Shown here piece by piece: positions 38,345-49,108 of a DNA stretch of 64,000 bases. A model generated the notes under the pieces. That model made no database searches, was not told where the DNA came from, and was given only the letters and a program-made list of their open reading frames with translations. Each line of letters starts with the position of its first letter. Within the stretch, counting starts at the first letter, position 1. A program made the translations under genes and the position numbers. Origin of the DNA: Candidatus Bathyarchaeota archaeon (GTDB lineage Archaea > Thermoproteota > Bathyarchaeia > TCS64); assembly GCA_963769425.1 (NCBI GenBank), contig CAVYLP010000005.1:1-64000 (forward strand), written 5' to 3'.

Positions 38345-39997
38345 GTGGTATTCAGCATGGTTGACACAGAGAGGATCGAGAACTTCATCTCAGCAGAACT
38401 AGAGGGGAGAAGGCACCCAGGCTCATCCGTCTCCGTAGTGAAAGGGGACGAGGTGGTCTGGTCAAGGGGATTCGGATACAGCGATCTAAAAAACGACAAG
38501 CGGGCAACACCCGAGACCATCTACGGCTGCGCCTCTGTCACCAAACCCGTCGTGACCACCGGGTTCCTTCAACTCATGGAGCAGGAAAAATTCAGCCTCG
38601 ATGACGGGGTCAACGAGCACCTAGACGTGAAGATCAGGGACATCAAGGGGGAGGAACCAACAATTAGAGACCTCCTGACCCACTACACTGGGATGCCGAC
38701 GCGTGTACCACCCCTCTACCTCCTCGGCGAGGCACCCATGGACACAAAGAGGTACATCAGTGAGGCGGCGAGGATGGTCCGACCCAGGGGGGAGGAGTGG
38801 GCCTACTGCAACACCGCCTTCACGATCGTCGGCCACCTCATCGAAACAATCACTGGCACACCCTACAACGAATACGTCAAGGAGCACGTCCTTAAGCCTC
38901 TGGAGATGACATCAAGCGACTTCGAGATATCCCCGATGGTCGAGGCACGGCTCGCCCAGGGATACAAGAGAGGCGGGGGACCTGAGAAGCCACTCATACC
39001 CTGCCCACGCTACTACCTGGGGATGAGGCCCGCGGACGCGGCGGGGAGCCTCTACTCGACGGTCCTCGACCTCGCCAAGTTCGTCTCCATGAACCTCAAC
39101 CATGGTACATACCACTCGAGAAGACTCCTCAAGGAAGAGACGATCGCGGAGATGCACAGACTACAAGCCCCGACGGGTAAGTCGAGTAGCGGTATGGGAT
39201 TGACTTGGTTCCGAACCATCCACGACGGGCGCGTGATGCTCTACCACACGGGCGGCCTCCCCGACTTCACGAACCACGTCTGCTTCTACCCCGAGGAAGG
39301 GCTCGGCGTCTGCTGGCTGAGCAACATGCAGGACGGCTCAAACTGGCGGCCACCAGCGCCAACCGTGCTTAGAATGGCACAGGGGGACGAACCCCCGCAT
39401 GGATCGCTCCAATCCACTCCAAGCAACTGGGCTAAGATCGTGGGCATCTACGGGGACGAGATACATCAATCCGTAATCAGGGTCGTGAACGGCTATCTGG
39501 TCCTAGACGAGAAGTTCCTACTGGAAAGGCTGGACGACTCCACCTACCGGGTTCACGGCCCATCGAGCGACGGGGAGGATATAACCTTCGAATATGGTGA
39601 GGACGGGAACGTCCGCCAGTTCGACCTCGGCACAAGCTTCCATCTGAGATACACGCCGACGGTCCCAAGGGTCGATAACGGCGCCGATCTGGTGGGGACG
39701 TGGATCGGTGAGTACGTCGATGCGTACGGATTCCACGATATGGAGCTTAGGATACAGGGCCGGGGGAGTGGCGTAGCGAACGGCCTCAACGGCGAGTATG
39801 TTAAACTCGACGGGTTCCGAGCCGAATTAGGCGAGGTTAAGGGGCGGGGAAGTTTCAGGATACCCCGCGAGTACGCGCTCTGGGGGACGAGCGACTACGC
39901 CGAGGTCGAGCTGAGCCTCAAGTCTGTAGAAGGAAAGCTCGTTGGGATCCTGACGAGTAATTTCGGAGCCACGAAGATCGAGTTAAAAAGGAAATGA
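38345..39997 (+). CDS. Serine hydrolase, beta-lactamase class C-like, with C-terminal extension
   Basis: SVTK, YCN, LLTH and HTG motifs. Confidence 0.88.
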   Translation: MVFSMVDTERIENFISAELEGRRHPGSSVSVVKGDEVVWSRGFGYSDLKNDKRATPETIYGCASVTKPVVTTGFLQLMEQEKFSLDDGVNEHLDVKIRDIKGEEPTIRDLLTHYTGMPTRVPPLYLLGEAPMDTKRYISEAARMVRPRGEEWAYCNTAFTIVGHLIETITGTPYNEYVKEHVLKPLEMTSSDFEISPMVEARLAQGYKRGGGPEKPLIPCPRYYLGMRPADAAGSLYSTVLDLAKFVSMNLNHGTYHSRRLLKEETIAEMHRLQAPTGKSSSGMGLTWFRTIHDGRVMLYHTGGLPDFTNHVCFYPEEGLGVCWLSNMQDGSNWRPPAPTVLRMAQGDEPPHGSLQSTPSNWAKIVGIYGDEIHQSVIRVVNGYLVLDEKFLLERLDDSTYRVHGPSSDGEDITFEYGEDGNVRQFDLGTSFHLRYTPTVPRVDNGADLVGTWIGEYVDAYGFHDMELRIQGRGSGVANGLNGEYVKLDGFRAELGEVKGRGSFRIPREYALWGTSDYAEVELSLKSVEGKLVGILTSNFGATKIELKRK

Positions 39998-40002
39998 GGG
40001 CG

Positions 40003-41157
40003 CTAGCCCCTCCACTTTATCTTGGGCATAATGGACTCCTTCTTCTCCTCTATCCTGCCCTTGTACTTCATCAGTTTCGGGATCGTCAGCCTCAGCTCGG
40101 TGTTCAGGTCGTTCGTTGGCTTGAAGCCTAGGGCGGGAAGCTTCTCGCGATCCGGGTGATAGTAGTGCTCCTCCTTTTCGAGACGGGGATTCTCGATGCT
40201 CCAAATCTTCGCGCTAATCCCGAACTCGCCCGAGACCTCCACTACATGCTTCGCGAGATCGTTGACGGAGTAGGTCTCATCGAACTGGTTCAGGACGCGG
40301 TACTCCCCATCCTTCGGTGGGTTCTCCGCGGCGAGGGTCATGCATTGGACGCTGTCGCGTAGGGCTATATACCCACGTGTCTGCCCACCCTTCCCATATG
40401 GGGTGAGCTCGTGTCCGATGACGGCCTGAGCGCAGAACCTATTCAGGGCGGTGCCCCACGCTTCGTCGAAGTCGAAGCGGGTGAGGAGGTCGTCGCTAAC
40501 CATCTCATCTGTGACGATGCCGTGGACGACGCCTTGCATGATGTCGGTGCTCCGGAGCCCCCAGATCTTGCAGGCGAACATGATGTTGTGGCTGTCGTGG
40601 ACCTTGCTCAGGTGGTACCAGCTCCCCGCTTGCCTTGGGAAGGGGAGGGTATCCTTCCTGCCCCTGTACTCAATCTCGAAGAAGCCTTCCGGGATGTCGA
40701 TATTAGGGGTCCCGTACTCACCCATCGTACCGAGTTTAAGGAGGTGACACTTAGGGGCGTGCTTCTTCATGGCGAAGAGGATGTTGTTAGTTCCCACAAT
40801 GTTATTTATCTGAGTGTGGTTGCAGTGCTCGACGTCGATCATGCTGTATGGAGCTGAGGATATCTCGCCTAGGTGGACTATACAATCGGGCCTCTCATCG
40901 GCGATGACCCTGTCGGTAAAGTCGGTCTTGGCGAGGTCCCCCTCGTGGAAGGCGATTTTCCTCCCTGAAGCCTTCTGATATGCCTTGAGTCTCTCGGCCA
41001 TCGGCTTGATCGGTGTGGCTGACTGGGACTTCAGTTCCTCGACGTTTCTACGTCTGCTGAAGTTGTCGACGCCGGTGACCTCGTGGCCCCTGGCGCTGAG
41101 GTGCATTGCGAGTGGCCACCCTAGGTAGCCGTCCATACCCATGATCATGACTTTCAT
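40003..41157 (-). CDS. agl3: UDP-sulfoquinovose synthase (Agl3/SqdB family)
   Basis: GMDGYLGWP, SAPYSM, KLGTMGEYG, YHLSKVHDS and ENPR.EKEEHYY motifs. Confidence 0.88.
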   Translation of the reverse strand: MKVMIMGMDGYLGWPLAMHLSARGHEVTGVDNFSRRRNVEELKSQSATPIKPMAERLKAYQKASGRKIAFHEGDLAKTDFTDRVIADERPDCIVHLGEISSAPYSMIDVEHCNHTQINNIVGTNNILFAMKKHAPKCHLLKLGTMGEYGTPNIDIPEGFFEIEYRGRKDTLPFPRQAGSWYHLSKVHDSHNIMFACKIWGLRSTDIMQGVVHGIVTDEMVSDDLLTRFDFDEAWGTALNRFCAQAVIGHELTPYGKGGQTRGYIALRDSVQCMTLAAENPPKDGEYRVLNQFDETYSVNDLAKHVVEVSGEFGISAKIWSIENPRLEKEEHYYHPDREKLPALGFKPTNDLNTELRLTIPKLMKYKGRIEEKKESIMPKIKWRG

Positions 41158-41260
41158 CGGTGGTAACCGCCCACTTCCAACAATGATCCGGGTATGACAG
41201 TTTTAAAGATACGGGACCTAAATAATTTGAGGAGGGAATGAACCCCTCACCAAGGCTGTC

Positions 41261-41485
41261 TTAATCTATAACCATCATCGTCAGAGTCGATCTGACGTTC
41301 TTCATGCGCCTGATCTTGTTCGTGATGGCGTCCTTTAGCTGCTCCATAGTTTCTGCCTCGAGTCTCACGACGTAGTCATACACACCGTAAACTCCGTAGA
41401 ACTCCTTGACCTCACGGATATCCTTTAGCTCCTTGGTGAGATCCGACCCCATCTCCGCGTTAATCAGTACAAATGCTGTGTTCAT
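41261..41485 (-). CDS. Stand-alone Lrp/AsnC ligand-binding domain protein
   Basis: AFVLIN, VYGVYD and IR....V.STLT. Confidence 0.85.
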   Translation of the reverse strand: MNTAFVLINAEMGSDLTKELKDIREVKEFYGVYGVYDYVVRLEAETMEQLKDAITNKIRRMKNVRSTLTMMVID

Positions 41486-41619
41486 TATCCTCCCCTATAT
41501 TATGAGTGTTCGAATCCTCCTTTAACACCTTCTAATTGTTGTGGTCGTTGTGGGAAAACAGCTTAAGAACGGGGTAAACTTAAACGCATCCTCGACCGCG
41601 AGGTAGTCAACCCGCGCAG

Positions 41620-42427
41620 TTGATCCAATTGAGCAGCGAACAGCCCCCAACTGGAAAGTCTGAGCGCCACGTCCTCGGAACCCTCACCATCTCCCATGTC
41701 GCGCAACACTTCTTCTCGGGTGCGCCCATCCTCTACGAGAGCATCAAGCAGGACCTCAGTCTAAGCTACAAGCAGATCGGCGTGATGGTAGGTGTAGCCA
41801 ACATTCTAGGAGGATTCCTTCAGATGATCTACAGCATCGCTGGGTGATGGATCTCCCGGCGGCTGCTTCTGAGCAACTCCAACTTCTTCATGTCAATTGG
41901 GTGTGCCATGACGGGGTTAGCGGGCAGCTTCGAAGCAGTGATATCTGGCAACGTCGTTGCCGGGGTCGGTCAGGCAGGCACGCACCCTGTGAGTAGCTCG
42001 ATAATTGGAAGCAAGTTCGAGAGGAAGGGGGTCAATTACGCCCTCTCGACGTTCTACGGCCTCGGGCCCCATTCTCCTATCAGGAGTAGCAGTCCTCTCT
42101 GGATGGAGATCAGCCTTCTATCTACTAGCTCTCCTCTTCGTTGTTACTGGGATCATCGCATCTCCATGACCACTTTCAGCATGAGCAGCCTCCTCCAAGC
42201 CCACCTCGCCAGAACCGCATCTGCGGCAGAGCGTGACATACTGCTCGGGCTCTTCTTCACATTCGGCTTCGGCGTAAGCTCCATTTTGGTCGACGCTGCT
42301 CGGTGCAGTGATTGACGCCTATTCCTTTAACCTCGTCTGGTATACGATGGTGGGGGCCGGCGTGGGTGCGCTCATTTGTCTCGTCATCGCCGCCAGAGGG
42401 GCACCTTCGCAGACGACTCCGATGTAA
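41620..42427 (+). pseudogene. Decayed MFS transporter
   Basis: In-frame TGA at 41845-41847, apparent internal deletions and a frameshift; MFS-like pieces (SH...HF, GQAGTHP, GLFFTFGFG). Confidence 0.7.
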
Positions 42428-42489
42428 ATCGTAAAGCCATTTAACGCGGCGCCCTTATATTTACTGGAACTACGCGGAGAAGAAAACCC

Positions 42490-43641
42490 ATGGTGAAATT
42501 AGCAATCGAAGGCGGAAAACCCGTATCCGAGAAGAAGATACCCCTTGTAAAACCAACATTTAGCCAAAAGGACATCGACGACGTCGCGAAGGTATTGAAG
42601 TCGGCATACGTACGCATGGGGCCCTACACGAAGGAGTTTGAGGAGAAGTTTGCAGCGAGGGTGGGCACGAAGTACGCCTATGCCGTATCGAACGGGACCG
42701 CTGCACTCCACTGTGCATACCTATCGACCCTCAAGCCCGGGGACGAGGTCATCGCCCCCGCATTCACCTTCATAGCCACAATAAGCACAATCATCTACAG
42801 TAACGCTAAGCCGGTGCTCGCTGACGTGGATGCGGACACATTCCTCCTCGACCCAGAGAAGGTGAAGGAGAAGATCACGAAGAAGACCAGGGCTATCGCC
42901 CCCGTCCACCTCTTCGGTAATAGCTGCGATATGAAGGTCCTGACCGAGATAGCGAAGGATCACAAACTCCTAATCATCAACGACTGCGCGCAGGCACACG
43001 GGACCGAGTACGAAGGCAGGGACCTCGGCTCGTGGCCGAACGTAAGCTGCTACAGCTTCTACCCGACGAAGACGATGACGACTGGGGAGGGAGGCATCGT
43101 GACCACCGATGACCCCGAGATTAACCGCCTCGGCTCCCTGATCCGCAGCCACGGCGATGACGGGCGATATCACCACGTAGTCCTCGGGCTCAACTACAGG
43201 ACAACCGACATAATGTCGGTGATTGGGCTCAACCAACTCGCCCAACTCGACGACTTCCTCGCGAAGCGCCGACACAACGGAGAGAAGCTCGTAAAGGGGT
43301 TGAGGGGCCTCAACGAGGTCAAGCCACAGGTCATAACCCCGGGGACGAACCCGAGCTACAGCTACTTCAGCGTCGCCCTCGAACTCTCGAAGTTACACTG
43401 TACACGCGACGAGTTTATGAAGGCCCTCATGGCGGAGAACATCGACTGCGGCGTCCACTATCCGGCCCCGCTGACGGAACAACCGATAGTGAAAGAGCTG
43501 CTAAAGCCTAAACCATGCCCAGTCTCAGAGGATCTGTCGAGGAGAATAATGAGCCTCCCCATGCATCCCTACCTCAGCGACGATGACCTTGGGAAGGTCG
43601 TCGAAGGGGTTAGAAAGGTGGCAGATAACTACTCCAAGTAG
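42490..43641 (+). CDS. DegT/DnrJ/EryC1/StrS sugar aminotransferase
   Basis: SNGTAALH, DCAQAHG and SFYPTK...TGEGG motifs. Confidence 0.93.
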   Translation: MVKLAIEGGKPVSEKKIPLVKPTFSQKDIDDVAKVLKSAYVRMGPYTKEFEEKFAARVGTKYAYAVSNGTAALHCAYLSTLKPGDEVIAPAFTFIATISTIIYSNAKPVLADVDADTFLLDPEKVKEKITKKTRAIAPVHLFGNSCDMKVLTEIAKDHKLLIINDCAQAHGTEYEGRDLGSWPNVSCYSFYPTKTMTTGEGGIVTTDDPEINRLGSLIRSHGDDGRYHHVVLGLNYRTTDIMSVIGLNQLAQLDDFLAKRRHNGEKLVKGLRGLNEVKPQVITPGTNPSYSYFSVALELSKLHCTRDEFMKALMAENIDCGVHYPAPLTEQPIVKELLKPKPCPVSEDLSRRIMSLPMHPYLSDDDLGKVVEGVRKVADNYSK

Positions 43642-43653
43642 GAACCCGTGTAT

Positions 43654-44688
43654 TTAATCTGTTGTTGACGTTGGAGCCCTAGATCGACGCTTCTTCAAAT
43701 GCGTCTTTATTATCCCTGAGACTCTCTCCGCGCCCCGGCCGTCGACCAGTTTTTGGCCTGCCGCGCTCATCTGCCTAATTCTATCTCTGTCTAAAAGTAG
43801 TTCTCTGATTGTCTTGGCGAGTCTCACGCCGTCGTAGTTCCCCGAGTAGCCGAGGTTCACGCAGGTGCCATAAGCCTCCAGCCTATCCGCGGTCTCGACC
43901 TCGAAGACCTCCTCGCATAGTACTATGGCGGGGGTCCCTGTCGCGGCGAGTTCGAAGAGGGTGTTGCCCCCGGCGCTGACGGCGATGTCCGAGTCGGCCA
44001 TGGCCCGCCACATCTCAGCGATGTTGTGCCTGATGTCGACCCGCCTCCGAAGTCCCCCAATTGTCTCCTCAAGCTCTTCGTGGTGCTTGAAAGCGGGACC
44101 GATCACTGTCGTAACCTCGAACTCCTCTGCCATGGAGTCTAGGGTCCTAAGCACGTGAGGCGTCAGTCCGAGGGTGTCCGCGCCCCCGAGGGTTACCAGT
44201 ACTCGTGTCAACCTGTGGCTCTCCCTCCTCTTTACAGTTGAAAAACGTGGATTGATGATGGCATAGCTCGGGTCCGTGTAGAATACAATGTTCTTTTCCT
44301 TCCGAGGGAGGCAGTGGTAGAGGACGTTGAATGCGAGGTCCGACTCGTAGACTCCCTCGCCGCAATCGTCAAATGAGACGAGGAGGTCGCAGATGCCCTT
44401 GAGGTGCCCCATATATGCGGCTTCGGTGTTCAGCTTGTCGACGATTATTGCGGCGTTACGGGTCCCCCCCAGGGCAGTGAACTCTTCCTCCTTGTCGGTC
44501 ACCGTCGTCGGGTACTTCTCAGACATCTTCGCAGCGGCTATCTCGTCCCCCATGGTGAGGAAGTGGACGTCCGCCCACATGCTCAACGCGTCCGCGAGGT
44601 TGAGACCCCTGTAGACATGTCCCATGCCGAGGGCGTTGCTCCCGTCGGCCCGGATCATCACCCTCGGGCGGTTCTCCCCCACCCTCAA
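43654..44688 (-). CDS. PseG/SpsG-family nucleotide-sugar hydrolase
   Basis: RADG...GMGH..R, TLGGAD and AGGNTLFE motifs. Confidence 0.85.
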   Translation of the reverse strand: MRVGENRPRVMIRADGSNALGMGHVYRGLNLADALSMWADVHFLTMGDEIAAAKMSEKYPTTVTDKEEEFTALGGTRNAAIIVDKLNTEAAYMGHLKGICDLLVSFDDCGEGVYESDLAFNVLYHCLPRKEKNIVFYTDPSYAIINPRFSTVKRRESHRLTRVLVTLGGADTLGLTPHVLRTLDSMAEEFEVTTVIGPAFKHHEELEETIGGLRRRVDIRHNIAEMWRAMADSDIAVSAGGNTLFELAATGTPAIVLCEEVFEVETADRLEAYGTCVNLGYSGNYDGVRLAKTIRELLLDRDRIRQMSAAGQKLVDGRGAERVSGIIKTHLKKRRSRAPTSTTD

Positions 44689-45392
44689 CCCCCCTGCGCC
44701 AAGGAAGGATCACTGTCGAGCAGGCGCACCACCTCCCTGAGATCGACTATCTCTCCCTCGCGGTAGAGGCGCTCGTAAATGTGCGTCATGAAGCGGAGGT
44801 CTTCAGAAGTGTCGACGGTGAGTCGGTAGTCCCGCTTGAGGTCTGGGTCGCATTCGAGGGCCTGTATCCTGAACTCCTCGGGGTGGTCGAGGATGTACTC
44901 GTCTGGGTGCTCCCTGTATCTCGGCTCCTTGCCGATCGATTCGGCGCAGGATCGTTTGAGTGCCTCGGCCTTTATTACGCAGTTGCCGGGTCCTGTGCCC
45001 CATGGCATGTCCTTCGTATATGTGAGATCCGTGCCCACCTTGAGCTGTGCCTCGATCATCTCGTCGAAGTTGTCTGGATCTATTAGGGGATCGTCGCAGG
45101 TGAACCTGACGACCTGGTCTGCCCGGTGCCTCTCCGCCGCCCCACAGAACCTGTCGAGGACATCCCTCTCGGAGCCCCTAAAGACGCTTACCCCTAGCCC
45201 ACTGCAGAATTTCTCAAGCACGTCGTCTTCAGGGTTTGTCGTGGTGGCAATGACTATCTCGTCGACACTGCAGCATCTTTTCACCCTCTCGATGACGTGC
45301 TGGATGAGGGGCTTGCCCACGATGGGCATCATCGTCTTACCGGGGAGCCTCGTGGAGCCCATCCTCGCCTGCCCTATGGCCACGACCTTCAA
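44685..45392 (-). CDS. SpsF-family cytidylyltransferase
   Basis: QARMGSTRLPGK, RGSE.DVL.R and RLTVDT.ED motifs. Confidence 0.9.
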   Translation of the reverse strand: MKVVAIGQARMGSTRLPGKTMMPIVGKPLIQHVIERVKRCCSVDEIVIATTTNPEDDVLEKFCSGLGVSVFRGSERDVLDRFCGAAERHRADQVVRFTCDDPLIDPDNFDEMIEAQLKVGTDLTYTKDMPWGTGPGNCVIKAEALKRSCAESIGKEPRYREHPDEYILDHPEEFRIQALECDPDLKRDYRLTVDTSEDLRFMTHIYERLYREGEIVDLREVVRLLDSDPSLAQGG

Positions 45393-45404
45393 GTCGCCCC
45401 TCTC

Positions 45405-46442
45405 CTAGATATCTTCCCACGTTATCGGCTGGTCGCGCTTTATGGCTCTGGCGGCGTTTCTACCGATCACGACGTCGATGAGCTCGGGGGAGAGGCCGTG
45501 GGCGGGCCTCTTGACTATCACATCCTCCTTTGAGATCGTGGCGCCTTTCTTGATGTCGCGGCGAGCTATGACGCTCTTCCGCGTCTCGGTCCTCATCCTC
45601 TCCTCGGTGTGGGCGGGGCGCTTAACACCATCGCCGAGGCCCTTCTCGACTTCCCTGATTCCCCTGACGATGGTGGCGAGTTCGCGGGGGTCCGCGGAGA
45701 ATACGGCATCGGAGATGGGGAGCGTCTTGGAGATGGTGAAGTGCCGCTCGATGACGTTGGCACCTAGGGCGACTGCCGCGATGGGGATGGAGATGCTCTC
45801 GGTATGGTCGCTGAAGCCGACGGGGACGCCGAAGACCCTCCTCATCGAATCCATCGCCCTCAGGTTCACCGTCGAGAGGTCCTTGATGGGGTAGTTGGAG
45901 ACGCACTGAAGGAGGATTAGCTGATTGTTTTCCGTCGCCTTCACGGCGTCTACGGCCCTCGCCACCTCCGCCATCGTCCCCATGCCCGTTGACATGATGA
46001 CCGGCCGCCCCTTCCCCGCGACATATCTGATGAAGGGGAGGTTCGTGAGGTCGTCCGAGCCGATCTTGTAGACCTTCACCCCCATCCCCTCAAGGAGGTC
46101 GGCATCGTCGAAGTAACTGGGGGTCGAGAACGCGGTTAACCCCCTCTCCTCGGCGTAGGCGAAGATAGCGCGGTGGTCCTCCACAGATATCTCGCTCTTC
46201 TTGAACGCCTCAAACTGGTGGGTGCCACCCGCTTCGCTCGGGAACCAAGCGCTCTCGGTGACGAGGGTCTCCGCCTTGTACGTCTGTATCTTTATGGCGT
46301 CCGCCCCCGCCTTCGCGGCCTCGTCGACGCTTCTCCTCGCCTGGTCGAGGTTCTCGAAGCTTACTCCGAGCTCCGCGATGATGTATGTGGGCTCGCCTTC
46401 GCCGACTCTCTTTTCACCGATGTTGACGTGCAAACGTGGCAC
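45405..46442 (-). CDS. Nonulosonic acid synthase (NeuB/PseI/LegI family) with SAF domain
   Basis: IIAELG, KIGSDD, STGM, GFSDHT, IERHFT and a C-terminal SAF domain. Confidence 0.92.
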   Translation of the reverse strand: MPRLHVNIGEKRVGEGEPTYIIAELGVSFENLDQARRSVDEAAKAGADAIKIQTYKAETLVTESAWFPSEAGGTHQFEAFKKSEISVEDHRAIFAYAEERGLTAFSTPSYFDDADLLEGMGVKVYKIGSDDLTNLPFIRYVAGKGRPVIMSTGMGTMAEVARAVDAVKATENNQLILLQCVSNYPIKDLSTVNLRAMDSMRRVFGVPVGFSDHTESISIPIAAVALGANVIERHFTISKTLPISDAVFSADPRELATIVRGIREVEKGLGDGVKRPAHTEERMRTETRKSVIARRDIKKGATISKEDVIVKRPAHGLSPELIDVVIGRNAARAIKRDQPITWEDI

Positions 46443-46492
46443 CCCGGGGGTCTAACCTGATAGTGGGCGATCCGATTAAAGCCCTTTCCTGC

Positions 46493-47662
46493 CTAGGGTA
46501 GGTGTGCCAGCCAGTCCCTCATGACGAGGTGGTGCATCTGGAAGGTCTCCTCTAGGCCGAGGTAGCTGCTGAAGCCCGATTCCTTCTCCTCCTCAAGCAT
46601 CTTCCTTAGGGTGGGGACAGCCTCCCTGTTCCCCGTCATCCAGAGCCCCTGCGACCATCGGAGGGACGGGCTGTTCGAGACTACTCGGGTGACCTTGTTG
46701 AGGAGGTTGTACTTGTGAATCCAGTTGCCGACGTTGTAGGTAGTCTCTGCGAGTGGGCCTGTACTCCACGCCTGCACGCCGGGGAGGCCTATAGTGTCGG
46801 CGAATCCCTGCCCCCTCGCGTCGATGTTGAGCAACACACTCGGTTTCCTCATGCTGAGGAAGTCTATGTGGCCGTGGAGCCTGTAGCCGACATGCAGGTC
46901 GCATCCCTCGTAGAAGTCAATCTTGGAGAGCTCGTAGCTGGCGTCAACGATTTCAAAGCCCCTCTTCGTCGCGGCGTCCCTGACAGCGGTAAGTCTCGGC
47001 TCCTCCTCCTCAGCCGTGAACTCGTCCGCTTGTAGCCCACGGTGGAAGGAGCAGTAGATCTTCGCGCCGCCGAACAGCTCGGTTAATACGTCCATTACTT
47101 GGATGCACTGCTCGTCGTAGAGCCTCGGCATCGTGTGGAATTGTGGAGTTGTGAAGACTATCTTCTCGATCTTCTCGGGGATCTTGAACTTCTCGTCTAG
47201 GTGGTCAAGGTTGTACCAGACGGGGCACCCAGTCATGGTGCTCCTGAAGCCGTTCTTCTGTAGGACCTCGACGGTCTGGTTGTCCCTGCAGCTTATAGCG
47301 GCGCACCTCTTCAGAGCCTTCCTCGACTGTTTTGTGAAGTTGTAGGTCTCCCTCTGCCTCGTGGTGCCGGGTATCTCATTCCACCCGCCGCCAAGTAGGT
47401 ACATGGGTGCCTTGACGTCGTCGAGGTTCTCTGTGAGAGGGTAGACGTCGGGGTAGAATGTCTTGCTGACATTTGGGCCTCCGCAGAAGATCATGGCGTC
47501 CGAGGCGTTGACCTCGTCTAGATGGTCCCCGAGGGGCTCCCAGCCGTTTATAATGACCAACTTGTGCTCAGGGCGGTACCTCTCGAGGAGCTTCTTGGCC
47601 CTATCAAGGATCAAGAAGTCACCTATGTTTTTCTTCGCCCTGGAGAGCAGAACATAGGTCAT
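46493..47662 (-). CDS. Polysaccharide pyruvyl transferase family protein
   Basis: NIGD, GGP, SCRD, GCP and GYRLHGH motifs. Confidence 0.85.
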   Translation of the reverse strand: MTYVLLSRAKKNIGDFLILDRAKKLLERYRPEHKLVIINGWEPLGDHLDEVNASDAMIFCGGPNVSKTFYPDVYPLTENLDDVKAPMYLLGGGWNEIPGTTRQRETYNFTKQSRKALKRCAAISCRDNQTVEVLQKNGFRSTMTGCPVWYNLDHLDEKFKIPEKIEKIVFTTPQFHTMPRLYDEQCIQVMDVLTELFGGAKIYCSFHRGLQADEFTAEEEEPRLTAVRDAATKRGFEIVDASYELSKIDFYEGCDLHVGYRLHGHIDFLSMRKPSVLLNIDARGQGFADTIGLPGVQAWSTGPLAETTYNVGNWIHKYNLLNKVTRVVSNSPSLRWSQGLWMTGNREAVPTLRKMLEEEKESGFSSYLGLEETFQMHHLVMRDWLAHLP

Positions 47663-47705
47663 GGCGTCGATTATCCTCCAGTCTGCACCTTAAAAAGGGG
47701 AGCGA

Positions 47706-48413
47706 TCAGATTCCAAGCCGCCACCCGTCACAGACAAGCTCGATCCCCTCCGCCCCGCAGTTGAATAGAAGATCGACGCCTGCGAGGTCGGGGACGAAGG
47801 GCTCATAGACCTGCCTGTACATTGGGTGGTGGAAGTCCTGGTATACTACCCCTATCCCCGCTTCCTCGAAGAGTCTCTCGTCGAGGTAGTCCCTACCGAA
47901 CCTGCCCGAGAGGTAGGTCTCGGCGCCAAGCTCCTTGCATATCCCTAGTAGGAGCTCCGAGCTGGTACCGGTCGCCCTTAGCTTCGACGCCAGGATGATC
48001 TCGGTTTGAATGCCTAGAGAATCGGCTATGTATCTGATTATCCACACGTTTAGCTCGGCGAGTTTGTTCCACTTCTCGGCGTAGAGTCTATTTAGGAACT
48101 CCTCGTGTTCGCGGAAGTGGGGGGCCTTCGAGTAGTTCTGGCTTAGGCCCTTCAGGTGGGTCTCCCCCCATAACTTCGAGTCGTCCACCTCGATATCCAT
48201 GATAGGGGTCTCCAGAGGCGCCTTCTTCACCGGGACCGTGAGCCACGACCAGCCGGTTGCCGTCCTTATCCTGTTGCGGTTCTGGAAGTAGTTCCTCCTA
48301 TATTGGACGTTGTCGAGGAGGACGAATGCGTCGCTATTGGCGAGCTTGTTGAGGAACCCCATCCAGGGGAGGTACTCGGGTTGGTGGATGCCTACTACCC
48401 TTCTACTTGCCAT
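47706..48413 (-). CDS. WbqC family protein
   Basis: IHQP.YLPW.G, LDNVQY, NRNRI, WLTVP and YLSG..G.DY motifs. Confidence 0.9.
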   Translation of the reverse strand: MASRRVVGIHQPEYLPWMGFLNKLANSDAFVLLDNVQYRRNYFQNRNRIRTATGWSWLTVPVKKAPLETPIMDIEVDDSKLWGETHLKGLSQNYSKAPHFREHEEFLNRLYAEKWNKLAELNVWIIRYIADSLGIQTEIILASKLRATGTSSELLLGICKELGAETYLSGRFGRDYLDERLFEEAGIGVVYQDFHHPMYRQVYEPFVPDLAGVDLLFNCGAEGIELVCDGWRLGI

Positions 48414-48425
48414 TGTGCCGCACAC

Positions 48426-49061
48426 CTACATGAGCCACTTAACGACCTCGAAGCTCTCGGCGTACGGCACGCCGATCTCCGTGCCGTCGTTCCTATTCTG
48501 GTTGACTACAAAGTCGATCCACTCGTCGCCCCGCCGCTCATACTCCGACTTGTGTGCTTTGATGGCCTCGATCTTCTTCTTCAGCTCCGCGGAGATGTCG
48601 GAGTAGAAGCGCTTGTTGAAGAGCTCGTCCGTGGCGTACCAGTTGCTCCGGTACATGAGTATCTTGGGAATATGCCTCGCAGCGTTGATGGTGGCTTTCC
48701 CAATGGCGTTATGGTCTTGGTGCATGTCGTGGGACCAGTGGGTGTAGACGAGGTCAATCTGGTGGCTGTCGATTATCTCGTTCAGGTACTCGATGAGCTC
48801 GACGCCGTAGACCACCTGCTTCGTCTTGAAGGGACCTATTAGGAGGTCGCCTCCCACTATCTTGGCGGCCATCTTCCCCTCCTCGAGGGCCGTCTCCTTC
48901 CCCCTGATGAGGGTGCCATCGTAATTGCCGTACTCGGAGTCGGTGAGGACTATCATGTGGACCTTGTCCCCATGTTTGACGTGCTTGATGAGTGTGCCAC
49001 CGCAGCCGAGCTCTATATCGTCGAAGTGGGCGCCTATCGCGAGGATGTTCAAGGATGCCAC
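48426..49061 (-). CDS. PIG-L family N-deacetylase
   Basis: GAHFDDIE.GCGG, HQDH and AHKSE motifs. Confidence 0.9.
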   Translation of the reverse strand: MASLNILAIGAHFDDIELGCGGTLIKHVKHGDKVHMIVLTDSEYGNYDGTLIRGKETALEEGKMAAKIVGGDLLIGPFKTKQVVYGVELIEYLNEIIDSHQIDLVYTHWSHDMHQDHNAIGKATINAARHIPKILMYRSNWYATDELFNKRFYSDISAELKKKIEAIKAHKSEYERRGDEWIDFVVNQNRNDGTEIGVPYAESFEVVKWLM

Positions 49062-49108
49062 CTACCTCAGATTGGGCTGTGCTCGTTTTATAACACCATC
49101 GAGGCGGG

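Noticed and set aside
41500-41520. GTTCGAATCC tRNA T-loop-like motif
   Set aside because: There is no T-stem or cloverleaf around it; it lies in a short promoter region.
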